This document shows positions 25,510 through 38,185 of a DNA stretch of 64,000 bases, piece by piece. Source of the stretch: Felis catus. Its lineage: Eukaryota. The number at the start of each line of letters is the position of its first letter. Position 1 is the first letter of the stretch. A model generated the notes under the pieces. That model searched no databases and had not been told where the DNA came from. It saw nothing but the letters and a program-made list of their open reading frames with translations. The stretch is from positions 22,694,001 through 22,758,000 of the forward strand of contig NC_058368.1 of the NCBI RefSeq assembly GCF_018350175.1, written 5' to 3'. A program made the position numbers and the translations under genes.

Positions 25510-27680
25510 AGAAATTGTGGTCAAGAGCTCTCATTTGTATCTTCCGTTAACCTAATTATCATTAGGTTCCTTTTCCTATTACTCCAGATAACAGAACCAC
25601 TTAAAAATGTGTTCTCTCATATTTTTTCCAAGTCTAGGCATATAGTAAAACGTTAATTTGTTATTATGGCTTTAAGTTTGGTACAAATTATTTACTTGAA
25701 GAGATTGTACCAAGTTTGGGTCTGCAACGTGGGTCATGAGGTTAACTACAATAGTGGAAGAGAAACCTATGCTTGGAACCTCCCACATTGTCCCAATGAA
25801 GCCACACTTCTTGTGAATATCTACTTATGTGGCTCAGATCCCATTCTCACTGCCTCTTACTGAACCTCTCTTGTGCGCATTTTCTCTTTCTCTTCCTCTG
25901 AGGTCAGTGGTACTTCCTGCAGATAAGGTACTAAATATCTCAAGTCAGATTACATCACTTTTTCTATAAGATAACATTTAGGGAGGAAGACACTGGTCAG
26001 CATAAATTCTATTTGCATTAGACTTGTCTGATTTATCAGCAGCAGCAGAAGTAGCATTGTAGATTTGCTTTCAACAACAGATTTGTGTGTACAAGTGTAT
26101 GTGTATACATTTGTCGGTAAAACCATTTCAAAGAACTCTCACTAGACACCTTCATTAAGCTCACTGTCCTGACAAACACTGTAGAAAATATAGCCTTTTC
26201 AGGTACTAGTAACCTGTCATGTTATTGTAATTTACATGTGTTTCCTATAAGTTTCTTAGGTTGTTTTGTGTCTCTCAGCCACCTTCTTTTGTGAAAACAT
26301 CACAGCAGTAAATGGTGCAATCATTGCTTAAGTTTTTTTTTATGCACTTGAGTCTTCTGCTTAAGAGCTTGTAAGTTCACCAAATCGGATGCTAATCTGT
26401 CATGGTCTGTGTTATGTAGTAAAAATTAACCAGAAAATAGTAATATCAATATTTGCCAACACTTCATTGATGATGTCAATCTTGTCCCGACTTTATGTAT
26501 TTTAAAAACTAAATATCACTGTAAACAGTGGAATCATAAAAATTCCTGAGCATTTTGGCTTGGACTGTCAAAGTCTTAAAGGAATGAAGCAGCCTGGGTT
26601 ATCAGCAGTCATCTTTCAAAAACCAAGGTGCTTGGAGAAGAGCCAAAATTGTAATGAGCTTGAAGCAAATTATCAAATTAATCCTGGTTGATGCAACTGT
26701 CATAACTTGCGAAGATACCTGCCTCCATTTGAAGATGTCAACATCAAACACCGAGCAGCATTTACTGAGTGCCCACAGGGCTGCAGGCAGTGAGGAGAAA
26801 ACCAAATGAAAGAGCCTCATTCCAGTGATCTTGTAATTATAGGAGAAGTAATGGGTAGGGTATCTTAAGGCATAAATAAATAGAAATCACAAGATAATAT
26901 TGAGCAAGAAGACATTTTAGGATGAGCTCAGGAAAACACTCCTATCAAACTTCCCAGTATAATCGCTGGAGCCATTATACTATATAATGTTGTTGGGGCT
27001 ATTAGTATTAATAATAGTAATCATCATTTATCACAAGTGCAGCATAGAGAACAATTCTGCAGTGGTAGGAAGATAGAACTGATAGACTTGAAGAGATAAG
27101 TCTTTTCAATTCTGTGATGCTGTGCATGTTATGAACTCTAAGAACAGAAGGTCTGAGCCATTTCATTATCAAGTAAAGTACTCCCTGACCACATCCAAGG
27201 CAAGTGTATTCTTTATAGCTCTGTTCCTTTAATTAAAGAAGATGATTCTTAATATGACTGACTCAGTTGCAAAAACACTAGAACCAGGAGTGATCTGCTG
27301 ACTGTTTGTTAGTTGGGAGTGGATTTATCCATCCTACTATTTTCTTTCATGTTGAAGAAATAATCTACAAAATGAGCTTATCTTGTAATTGTGTCCAATA
27401 AATAAGGTAAAGGATAAGAATGAAACTTTAGTAGAAAAACGAAAGAAATTGATTATTTAGTAAGGCATTTTTAAATTGAATTTCTTTTATATCTTCTACC
27501 CAGTTCCTCCAAGGGTAACACTCTGTACCTATCTTATTCATATTGCCCCAGCTTAATATGTACATATTCGTGAGTATTTAGATCTATACAATTTTATCAC
27601 ATATGTGGATTCATATACCATTCAGCCCAGTCAACGTATAGAACATTCCACTACCACACGATCTCTCCTGTTGCCATTTT

Positions 27681-27896
27681 ATTTTATTTAGTTTTAATTT
27701 TATTTTTAATGTTTATTTATTTTTGAGGGAGACAAACAGACAAAGCATGAGTGGGGAAAGGGAGAGAGAGGGAGACACAGAATCTAAAGCAGGCTCCAGG
27801 CTTTGAGCTGTCAACACAGAGCCAATGCAGAACTGGAACCCACTCATGGCCTGAGCCAAAGTCTGACACTCAACTGACTGAACCACCCAGGTTTCC
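27681..27896 (-). mobile_element. CAN-SINE
   Basis: SINE body with degenerate TSD tctcctgttgccatttt / tctcctggtaccctttc. Confidence 0.92.
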
Positions 27897-28294
27897 GTCT
27901 CCTGGTACCCTTTCATAAAAACATCTAATTATCCCCTCCATCCTTACCTCTTGGCAACTGCTAATCTGTTTTCCATTTCTAAAATTTTGTCATTTCAAAA
28001 GTAGTTCATAAAGGAGTCATATAGTATGTAACCTTTTTTTTCTTTTTTTTGTTTTTTAATTTTATTTTTTAAAATTTACATCCAAATTAGTTAGCATATA
28101 GTGCAACAATGATTACAGGAGTAGATTCTTTAGTGCTCCTTACCCATTTAGCCAACCCCCCCCCCACAGCCTCTCCCGTAACCCTCTGTTTGTTCTCCAT
28201 ATTTATGAGTTTCTTACGTTTTGTCCCCCTCCCTGTTTTTATATTATTTTTGTTTCCCTTCCCTTATGTTTATCTGTTTTGTCTCTTAAAGTCC

Positions 28295-31200
28295 TCATAT
28301 GAGTGAAGTCATATGATTTTTGTTTTTCTCTGACTGACTAATTTCACTTAGCATAATACCCTCCAGTTTCCATCCATGTGGTTGCAAATGGCAAGATTTC
28401 ATTCTGTTTGATTGCCGAGTAATACTCCATTGTATATATGTACCACATCTTCTTTATCCATTCATCCCAATTGCTGGGTCATACGGTAGTTCTATTTTTA
28501 GTTTTTTGAGGAAACTCCATACTGTTTTCCAGAGTGGCTGCACCAGCTTGCATTCCCACCAACAATGCAAAAGAGATCCTCGCCAACATCTGTTGTTACC
28601 TGAGTTGTTAATGTGAGCCATTCTGACAGGGGTAAGGTGGTATCTCATTGTGGTTTTGATTTGTATATCCCTGATGATGAGTGAAGTTGAACATTATTTC
28701 ATGTGTCGGTTGGCCATCTGGATGTCTTCTTTGGTAAGTGTCTATTCATGTCTTTTGCCCATTTCTTCACTGAATTATTTGTTGGGTGTTGACTTTGAAA
28801 AGTTCTTTATAGATTTTGGATCCTAACCCTTTATCTGATATGTCATTTGCAAGTATCTTCTCCCATTCTATCGGTTGCCTTTTAGTTTTGTTGATTGTTT
28901 CCTTCGCTGTGCAGAAGCTTTTTATTTTGATGAGGTCCCCATAATTCATTTTTCTTATGTTTCCCTTGCCTCTGGAGACGTGTTGAGTAAGAAGTTGCTG
29001 TGGCCAAAATCAAAGAGGTTTTTGCCTGCTTTCTCCTTGAGGATTTTGATGGCTTCCTGTCTTACATTGAGGTCTTCCATCCATTTTGAGTTTATTTTTG
29101 TGTATGGTGTGAGAAAGTGGTCCAGTTTCTGCATGTCGCTGTCCAGTTTTCCCAGCACCACTTGCTGAAGAGACTGTCTTTATTCCATTGGATATTCATT
29201 CCTGCTTTGTCAAAGATTAGTTGGCCATGTGTTTATGGGTCCATTTCTCAGTTCTCTATTCTGTTCCATTGATCTAAATGTCTGTTCTTGTGCCAGTACC
29301 ATACTTTCTTGATGATTACAGCTTTGTAGTATAGCTTGAAGTCTGGGATTGTGATGCCTCTGGCTTTGGTTTTCTTTTCCAAGATTGCTTTGGCTATTCA
29401 GGGTCTTTTCTGGTTCCACACAAACTTTAGGATTATTTGTTCTAGCTCTGTGAAGAATGCTGCTGTTATTTTCATAGGGATTGCATTCAATATGTAGATT
29501 GCTTTAGGTAGTATCTACATTTTAACAATATTTGTTCTTCCCATCCAGGAGCATGGAATCTTTTTCCATTTTTTTTGTGTATTCTTCAATTTCTTTCATA
29601 AGCTTTCTATAGTTTTCAGTGTATAGATTTTTCACCTCTTTGGTTAGATTTATTCCTAGGTATTTATGGTTTTTGGTGAAATTGTAAATGGGATCAATTC
29701 CTTGATTTCTCTTTCTGTTGCTTCATTGTTGGTGTATAGGAATGCAACTGATTTCTGTGCGTTGATTTTATATCCTGCAATTTTGCTCTATTCATGAATC
29801 AGTTCTAGCAGTTTTTTGGTGGAATCTTTTGGGTTTTCCATATAGAGTATAATGTCATCTGCAAAGAGTGAAAGTTTGACCTCCTCCTGGCCAATTTGGA
29901 TGCCTTTTATTGCTTTGTGTTGTCTGATTGTAGAGGCTAAGACTTCCAATACTATGTTGAACAACAGTGGCAAGAGTGGACATCCCTGTCTTGTTCCTGA
30001 CCTTAGGGGGAAAGCTCTCAGGTTTTCCCCATTGAGGACGATATTAGCGTTGGGTCTTTCATATATGGCTTTTATGATCTTGAGGTATGCTCCTTCTATC
30101 TCTACTTTCTTGAAAGTTTTTAGCAAGAAGGCTGTTGTATTTGTCAAATGCTTTCTCTGCATCTGTTGAGAGGATAACATGGTTCTTGTCCTTTCTTTTA
30201 TTGATGTGATGAATCACACTGATTGGTTTGCAGATATTGAACCAGACCTGCATCCCAGGTATAAATCCCACTTGGTCATGGTGAATGATTTTTTTAATGT
30301 ATTGTTGGATCTGGTTGGCTAATATCTTGTTGAGGATTTTTGCCTCCATGTTCATCAGGGAAATTGGTCTATAGTTCTCCTTTTTAGTGGGGTCTCTGTC
30401 TGGTTTTGGAATCAAGGTCATGCTAGCTTCATAGAAAGAGTTTGGAAGTTTTCCTTCCATTTCTATTTTTTTGGAACAGCTTCAAGAGAAAAGGTGTTAA
30501 CTCTTCCTTAAATGTTTGGTAGAATTCCCCTGGAAAGCCATCTGGTCCTGGACTCTTGTTTTTTGGGAGGTTTTTGATTCCTAATTCAATTTCTTTACTG
30601 GTTATGGGTCTGTTCAAATTTTCTATTTCTTCCTATTCCAGTTTTGGTAGTGTATATGTTTCTAGGAATTGGTCCATTTCTTCCAGGTTGCCCATTTTAT
30701 TGGCATATAATTGCTCATAATATTCTCTTATTATTGTTTTTATTTCTGCTGTGTTGGTTGTGATTTCTCCTCTTTCATTCTTGATTTTATGTATTTGGGT
30801 CCTTTTCTTTTTCTTTTTGATCAAACTGGCTAGTGGTTTATCAATTTTCTTAATTCTTTCAAAGAACCAGCTTCTGGTTTCATTGATCTCTTCTACTGTT
30901 TTTTTGGTTTCGGTAGCATTAATTTCTGCTCTAATCTTTATTATTTCCTGTCTTCTGCTGGTTTTGGGTTTTATGTGCTATTCTTTTTCCAGCTCTTTAA
31001 GGCCTCAGGTTAGGTTGTGTATCTGAGATCTCTCTTCCTTCTTTAGGAAGGCCTGAATTGCTACATACTTTCCTCTTATGACTGCCTTTGCTGCGTGCCA
31101 GAAGTTTTGGGTTGTGGTGTTATCATCTTCATTGGCTTCCATGAACTTTTTAATTTCGTCTTTAACTGCTTGGTTAGCCTATTCATTCTTTAGTAGGATG

Positions 31201-31954
31201 TTCTTCAGTCTTCAAGTATTTGTTACCTTTCCAAGTTTTTTCTTGTGGTTGATTTCAAGTTTCATAGAGTTGTGGTCTGAAAATATGCACAGTATGATCT
31301 CAATCGTTTTGTACTTGCTGAGGGCTGATTTGTGTCCCAGTATGTGGTCTGTTCTGGAGAACGTTCCATGTGCACTGGAAGAGAATGTATATTCTGCTGC
31401 TTTAGGATGAAATGTTCTGAATATATCTGTTAAGTCCATCTGGTCCAGTGTGTTATTCAAAGCCATTGTTTCCTTGTTGATTTTTTGATTAGATGATCTG
31501 TCCATTGCTGTGAGTGGGATGTTGAAGTCTCCTACTTTTATGGTATTACTATCGGTGAGTTTCCTTATGTTTGTGATTGATTTATATATTTGGGTGCTGC
31601 CACATTTGGTGCATAAATGTTTACAATTATTAGGTCTTCTTGGTGGGTAGACCCCTTGATTTTGATATAATGCCCTTCTTCATCTCTTGATACAGTCTTT
31701 ATTTTAAAGTCTAAATTATCTGATATAAGTATGGCTACTCTGGCTTTCTTTTGTTGACCATTAGCATGATAGATGGTTCTCCATTCGCTTACTTTCAATC
31801 TAAAGGTGTCTTTAGGTCTATAGTAGGTCTCTTGTAAACAGCATTTAGATGAATCTTGTTTTCTTATCCATTCTGTTACCCTGTGTCTTTTGATTGGAGC
31901 ATTGAGTCCATTGATGTTTAGAGTGAGTACTGGATGATATGAATGTATTGCCAT
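28295..31954 (-). pseudogene. L1 ORF2 (endonuclease/reverse transcriptase), frameshifted and internally deleted
   Basis: Fragments LTLNINGLNAPIKRHRV (EN), [38 protein letters not shown] (RT), [14 protein letters not shown] (C-term) lie in different frames; an apparent deletion of roughly 0.1 kb near 28466 relative to recalled consensus. Confidence 0.95.
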
Positions 31955-32022
31955 TATGTTGCTTGTAGAGTTGGAGTTTCTGGTGGTGTTCTCTGGTCCT
32001 TTCTAGTCTTTGTTGCTTTTGG

Positions 32023-32025
32023 TAT

Positions 32026-32068
<43 letters not shown>

Positions 32069-32071
32069 TTT
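32023..32071. repeat. (TTTA)n in the L1 inter-ORF spacer
   Basis: Read directly. Confidence 0.95.
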
Positions 32072-32086
32072 TCATCTTTTCTCCCC

Positions 32087-32969
32087 TCAGAGAGTCCCCC
32101 TTAAAATATCTTGCAGGGCTGGTTTAGTGGTCACAAACTCCTTTAATTTTTGTTTGTCTGGGAAACTTTTTATCTCTCCTTCTATTTTAAATGACAGCCT
32201 TGCTGGATAAAGAATTCTTGGCTGCATGTTTTTCTGATTCAGCACATTTAATATATCCCGCCACTCCTTTCGGGCCTGCCAAGTTTCTGTGGATAGGTCT
32301 GCTGCAAACCGGATTTGTCTTCCCTTGTAGGTTAGGGACTTTTTTTTCCCTTGCTGCTTTCATGATTCTCTCCTTGCCTGAGTATTTTGTGAATTTGACT
32401 ATGATATGCCTTGTTGATGGTTGGGTTTTGCTGAATCTAATGGGAGTCCTCTGTGCTTCCTGGATTTTGATGTCTGTGTCTTTCCCCAGGTTAGGACAAT
32501 TTTCCACTATGATTTGCTCACATAACCCTTCTACCCCTCTTTCTCTCTTTTCCTCTTCTGGGACCCCTATGATTCTGGTGTTGTTTCTTTTTAATGAGTC
32601 ACTGATTTCTCTAATTCTTAAACCATGCTCTTTTGCCTTAATCTCTCTATTTTTTTATTCTTCATTATTCTCTATAAGTTTGTCCTCTGTATCACTGATT
32701 CTCTGTTCTGCCTCATCCATCCTTGCTGCTGCAGCATCCATCCGTGATTGCATCTCAGTTATATCATATTTTATTTCATCCTGACTAGCTTTTACTTGTT
32801 TTATCTCTACAGAAAGGGATTCCAATATATTTTCAACTCCAGCTAGTATTCGTATTATCATGATTCTAAATTCTGGTTCAAACATCTTGCTTGTATCTGT
32901 GTTGGTTAAATCTCTGGCTGTCGTTTCTTTGTGCTCTTTCTGTTGGAGTGAATTCCTTCGTTTTGTCAT
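32087..32969 (-). pseudogene. L1 ORF1 (RNA-binding chaperone), disrupted
   Basis: MTKRRNSLQQ...RMDEAEQRISDTEDKL and ENCPNLGKDTDIKIQEAQRTP...RHIIVKF; ends QDILRGTL*; broken by stops/frameshifts. Confidence 0.93.
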
Positions 32970-33047
32970 TTTGAAGGGAGAAAAGGAATTAATGAAGTAT
33001 TAATATTAAAAATATTAAAATTTAAAAAATTAAAATTAAAAAATTAA

Positions 33048-33079
<32 letters not shown>

Positions 33080-33166
33080 ATCGAATAAATGATGCTAGAT
33101 CCTAGGTGTGTTTTGGTATAGGTGTTGAAAGTGGTTTGACAGATTAGAGAAAAAAAGGGGGGGGGA

Positions 33167-33726
33167 GGAAATCATTTGAGAATTTGAAAAAACGAATACA
33201 CTGAAGTAGACTAAAATGAGATGATGAGAGTCCAATAGAATTTGAAAACATTTACAGGAAAGTAAAGCATATAGTAGAAAAAGTTAAAAGAAAAATATTT
33301 TTAATAAAAATTGAAATAAAAATGAATTTTTTCTCTTTCTGTATTCAAGAAAAAGAAATGAAAAAGAGAAAATAAAATGAAGGAAGTAAAATAGAATTTG
33401 AAAAAAATTTACATAAAGGCAAAAAATATAGTCAAAAAATTAAAGAAAAATATTTTTAATAGAAATTGAAAGTAAAAACGAAGTTTTTCTGCATTCAAGA
33501 AAAGAAATGAAAAAGAAAAAGAGAAAGAAAAAAAGGAAATCGTTTGAAAATTTAAAAAAGTGAATACACTGAAGTAGACCAAAATAAAATTATGGAAGTA
33601 AAATAGAATTTCAAAAAATTTACACAAAAATAAAAATATAGTAAAAAAATTAATGTAAAATATTTTTAATAAAAATTGAAAATAAAAATGAATTTTTTCT
33701 TTTTCTGTATTCAAGAAAAAGAAAAG
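33167..33726. repeat. Three imperfect A-rich tandem units (~165-200 bp) in the L1 5'UTR
   Basis: aatagaatt...aaaatatttttaata...attcaagaaaa occurs three times; gaatacactgaagtagac twice. Confidence 0.85.
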
Positions 33727-35106
33727 AAGTAAAGAGAAAAAAATAAAAAATAAATAAGAAAGAAAATTGATTAGATGGACCTGGTAGCAGATTGAAATAC
33801 GACTGAAATTACTTCATTTTCCCCTAGAAGTGAGACTATGATGTGCTTTATAGTCCATAAACTAAGCAGGCGGTGAGACTTGTGTTCTTGAAGAGCAAGG
33901 TTGGCCCAGTTGGGCGGGGATTAGTGTAACGGCTCTGTTCTCCAGTAGATGGCGCTGCTTAGCTTACTGGGGTGGATTGTTGTAGCGCTCGTAGGTGCGT
34001 GTGCGCATGCGCGGGACAAGTGGAAATGGCGTCACCCAGCTACCCAGTCTCTAGTATCGGCACTCTGTTCTCCCCGATCAGCAATCGTGCACCTGTCCTC
34101 TGTCTTCAGCTTCTGTCTACTCCCAGCTTCTTTGGTCTCCGTGACCAGGTCCCAGGCAGTACCTCTCTCCTGAGTTTTGTCTCAGATGCGGCTGTTTTCC
34201 CTGGCCCCTTACTTCTGAAGGACTGCAGCTTTCACTCGTTCTGCCCCTCTGCGGGAGGGTCTCACCGAGCAATGGCCAAACGGTGGCAAAATGTCAGCTG
34301 CACCCAGAAACGCTTGCTGGACCCTGCTGCTGCCGGAGCCCCGAGACTGCGGCCAGGTGCCAGCCCGCCCCAGAAAAAGTTCGTGAGATAGTGTAGCAGC
34401 AGCATTTCAGGGATTATGGAAAATCACAACACATATCTGGCACCAGACTTCACCCTCAACGACCTTGTTCCAGCACCAACGAATGTGGCCATTCTCTGGG
34501 GTCTGCTCAGACCAGGTGGCCGCAACAGTCTACCAAATGTCCTTCCAGCAGTGGAACCCCTTTTCCCTGTGTGGCCCAAGAACCTCCAAGACCCCACTCC
34601 ATTCCTGGGGATTTGCCCTTCCACCAGACTACCACCACGTATCGAGCTGTGGAGTTGCATACTGCGCTCCCTTTGTTTGCAGTCTTAATGGAATTTAAAC
34701 CCTCTCCTTTCTCCTTTCTCCCTTTTTAGTTTAGTCCCTAAGTCTGTTTCTAATTTTCTAATTTCTGTCCAGCTGCTTTTAGGGAGGGGTGCTTTTCCCA
34801 TACTCCCCCCTCCCCGCGCCCCCCCCCCCAATTCCATCCTCTCTCCGCCTGCAAAAGCACCTCCCTGCCCACTGCGGCTTCTTGCTCCCTAAATTCACCT
34901 CTCCATGCCACGTACCTGCTGAATTCTGTGGTTCAGGTTGTGCAGATTGTTGTGTTAATCCTCCAATCAGTTTTCTGGGTGTGTAGGATGGTTTAGTGTT
35001 GGTCTGGCTCCATTTCATGGACGCAAGACACACAAAAAACTTCCATGCTGTTCTGCCATCTTGACTCCTCCTGTACATTATGTAACCTTCTAAAATTGGT
35101 TCCTTT

Positions 35107-35531
35107 TAGCCTAATGTCCATCAACTGATGAATGGATAAAGAAATTGTGGTTTATATACACAATGGAATACTACTTGGCAATGAGAAAGAATGAAATATG
35201 GCCTTTTGTAGTAACATGGATGGAACTGGAGAGTGTTATGCTAAGTGAAATAAGTCATACAGAGAAAGACAGATACCATATTTCTTCACTCTTATGTGGA
35301 TCCTGAGAAACTTAACAGAAGACCATGGGGAGGGGAAGAAAAAAAAAGAGAGGGAGGGAGCCAAAGCATAAGAGACTCTTAAAAACTGAGAATAAACTGA
35401 GGGTTGATGGGGGGGTGGGAGGGAGGGGAAAGTGGGTGATGGGCATTGAGGAGGGAAGCTGTTGGGATGAGCACTGGGTGTTGTATGGAAACGAATTTGA
35501 CAATAAATTTCATATAAAAAATAATAAAAAC
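35107..35531 (+). mobile_element. 5'-truncated felid LINE-1 (L1_Fc-type 3' end)
   Basis: ORF2 tail and 3'UTR ...gagcactgggtgttgtatggaaac...caataaa; TSD aaaattggttccttt / aaaattggcaccttt. Confidence 0.93.
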
Positions 35532-37785
35532 AAAATTGGCACCTTTCTCTTAGCATAATTCCCTGGCTATTCATCCAAGTTATTATGTATGTCAATAGTT
35601 CATCCTTTTTCATTGCTACATAGTACTCCATGGTCTACATGAACCACAGTTTATTTAATCATTTACCTGATGAAGGACATCTGGGCTGTTTTCAGCATTT
35701 AACTATTACAGAACATGGCTATGAACATTGTACAGGTTTTCATTTCATTTTCCCGAGTGCAATTGCTAGATCATATGGTAATTGTCTTTTAGCCTTATAA
35801 GAAAATGCCACTATTTTCAGAGTAGCTGTACCATTTTATATTCCCACCAACAATGTAGGAGTGACCTGTATCTTCTTCATCCTTGCTGGCACCTGGTTCT
35901 GTCTCTGTTTTTTATTTTAGTCATTCTCATTGGTGTCCAGTGATATCTCATTATGATCTTAATTTGAATTTCCCAAATGGCAATTGATGATGAACGTCTT
36001 CTCATATACTTACTGGACAACTGTAGGACCTCTTCAGTAAAATGTTTCTTCACAACTTTTGTCCATTTTTGTTTGTTTGTTTGTTTGTTTGTTTGCTTTT
36101 TAGAGTTGAGTTTTGAGAAATCTATGATGTGATGTAGTTTTTTACAGATGCTGTTTATCAAGTTTGGGTTATTCCCCTTTATTCCTAACTTGCTGAGAGT
36201 CATTGTTTGTTTGTTTGTTTGTTTTAGAATTAATGGATGTTGGATTTTGTCAAGTGATTTTTCTGAATGAATTGATATGATCACTTTTTTTTTTCTTTAA
36301 ACTATTGATACACCATCGATTGATTCTGAATGTTGAACCAACCTTCCTTTCCTGGAATAAGTCCAATTCCAGGGCATGGTGTGTAATTCCTTTATACACT
36401 ATTGGATTTCAGTTTGTTTAGATTTTGTTCAGGATTTTTATGTCTAAATTTATGAGTGATATTGGCCTATGCATTTCTTTTTTCTTTTCCTTTTTTTTTT
36501 AAATTACTGTCTTTGTCAGGTTTTAATGTTAGGGTAATATTGATCTCATAAAATGAGTTGGCAAGTATTTCCACTTCCTCTGTTTTCTGTAAGGGATTAT
36601 ATAACATTGGTATTAATTTTACTTTAGATGTTTTGCTAGAATTCTCCTGTGAAAACATATGGGCCTGGAGATTTACTTTTCAGGAGATTTAAATGGTGAA
36701 TTCAACTTCTGTAATGGTTATAGCAATTCAGACTATCTATTTTATTGTGGTTGAGATTTGGTAGTTTATGGTTTTCAAGAAAATGATCCATTTATTTAAG
36801 TTGTCAAATTTACAAACATAAAGTTGTCTGTAGTATTCCTTTATTAACTTTTTAATAGTCATAAGATATATAGTGATAGCTGTTAGATTATTTATGATTT
36901 TGGTGATTTGTGTCTTCTCTTTTTTTAAATTTTGGTCAGTTGCTAGAAGTTTATAAATTTTACTGATTTTTTTTCAAAGACACAATTTTGGCTTCATTGA
37001 TTTTCTTTATTGTTTTCCTATTCCATTGACTTTTGTTTGTGTTTTAATTATCTCTTTCCTTCTGCTTACTTTGCTTTTATTCTCATTTCCTTTCCTAGTT
37101 CCTTGAGGCAAAAATTTAAATTGTTGATTTGGAAATGTTCTTTATTTGTATCGTAAGTCTTTTGTGTGAGAAATTTCCTGCTCAGGACCGCTTTAGCTGT
37201 GTCTCACATATACTGATATGTTGTATCTTCATTTCACTCAGTTCTATGTATTTTTTTCTATTGAGGATTCCTCTTTGACCCCAAAATTATTTAGAAGTGT
37301 ATCATTTAATTTCCATGTGTTTAGGTATTTTTCTGTTGTTTTTCTATTATTGATTTTTAGTTTGATTTCATTATGGGCAGAGAAAATAACCAATATAATT
37401 TCAGTTCTTTTAAATTTGTTGAGGTATTATTATTATTATTGCTATGATATGGTCTATCCATGTTGCCTGGGGAAAAAAAGGTATATTCTGCTGCTGTTTT
37501 GTGGAATATTCTATATGTGTCAATTTGATCCGGTTGTTTGATTGAGTTACTCATGTTGTCTACATTCTTGATGATTTTCACTTTAGTAGTTATATCAATA
37601 CCTAAAAAGGGGTAGTAAAGCATTCTGAATCAGAAAATCTAAGCTAGTAGTTAATCTGTTCACAAACTAGTCGATGAATTCAGTAAGCATAGAACTTTGA
37701 GAAAAATATTTAGTATTTTATGAAGAATAAGCATTAGCAATTACTAAAATAGTTCTCACTTTATTTTCAATTTCTTGGAAATCTA

Positions 37786-37990
37786 GATTTTTTTAAATGT
37801 TTTTATTTGAGGGAGAGAGAGCAAGAGAGAGGAGGGGAGGGGCAGAGAGAGATGGAGACAGAATCTGAAGGGGGCTCCAGGCTCCAAGCTGTCAGCACAG
37901 AGCCTGATGCAGGGCTCGAGCTCATGAGCAGTGAGATCATGAACTGAGCCAAAGTCTGCCGCCTAACCTACTGAGCCACCCAGGCGCCCC
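37786..37990 (-). mobile_element. CAN-SINE
   Basis: TSD tcaatttcttggaaatcta / tcaatttccaggaaatcta. Confidence 0.95.
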
Positions 37991-38185
37991 TCAATTTCCA
38001 GGAAATCTAAAAGTGAAAGGAATCATCAAAACCTAGAAATTATTTTTCGACCTGAAAAAAAGACTTTTTCATAAAATCTTACACGAAATAGACTATTCAT
38101 ATTTTGTTAAATATGTAGCAGTTTCACATCTGACAATCAAACATTTCTCCTCATCTGAATTTACTTTTTGAAAAAATCCATGTTA

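Larger units (their letters stand above)
28036..35072 (-). mobile_element. Full-length felid LINE-1 (~7.0 kb), inactivated
   Basis: 5' end aggaggagtcaagatggc on the minus strand (YY1 motif), ~2.1-kb 5'UTR, ORF1, ORF2, 3'UTR, tail; TSD core tatgtaacctt at 28025-28035 and 35079-35089. Confidence 0.96.
27580..37620 (-). mobile_element. Ancient L1 (L1MC-like) host element, interrupted by a SINE and two younger L1s; host pieces ~27580-27680, 27897-28035, 35074-35106, 35532-37620
   Basis: L1 3'UTR/ORF2 text reads continuously once insertions are removed; decayed ORF2 peptides MIISIHSEKSLDKIQHP (35877-36284) and EILANSFYEINITL (36467-36658). Confidence 0.82.

Noticed and set aside
32191..32784. 197-aa plus-strand ORF
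   Set aside because: Antisense shadow of L1 ORF1
28295..32969. Possibility that the full-length L1 is retrotransposition-competent
   Set aside because: Both ORFs are broken by several frameshifts, stops and deletions, and the TSD has mismatches outside its core
33167..33726. Repeat array considered as CRISPR-like or satellite
   Set aside because: Long degenerate tandem units without unique spacers, inside an L1 in a mammalian genome
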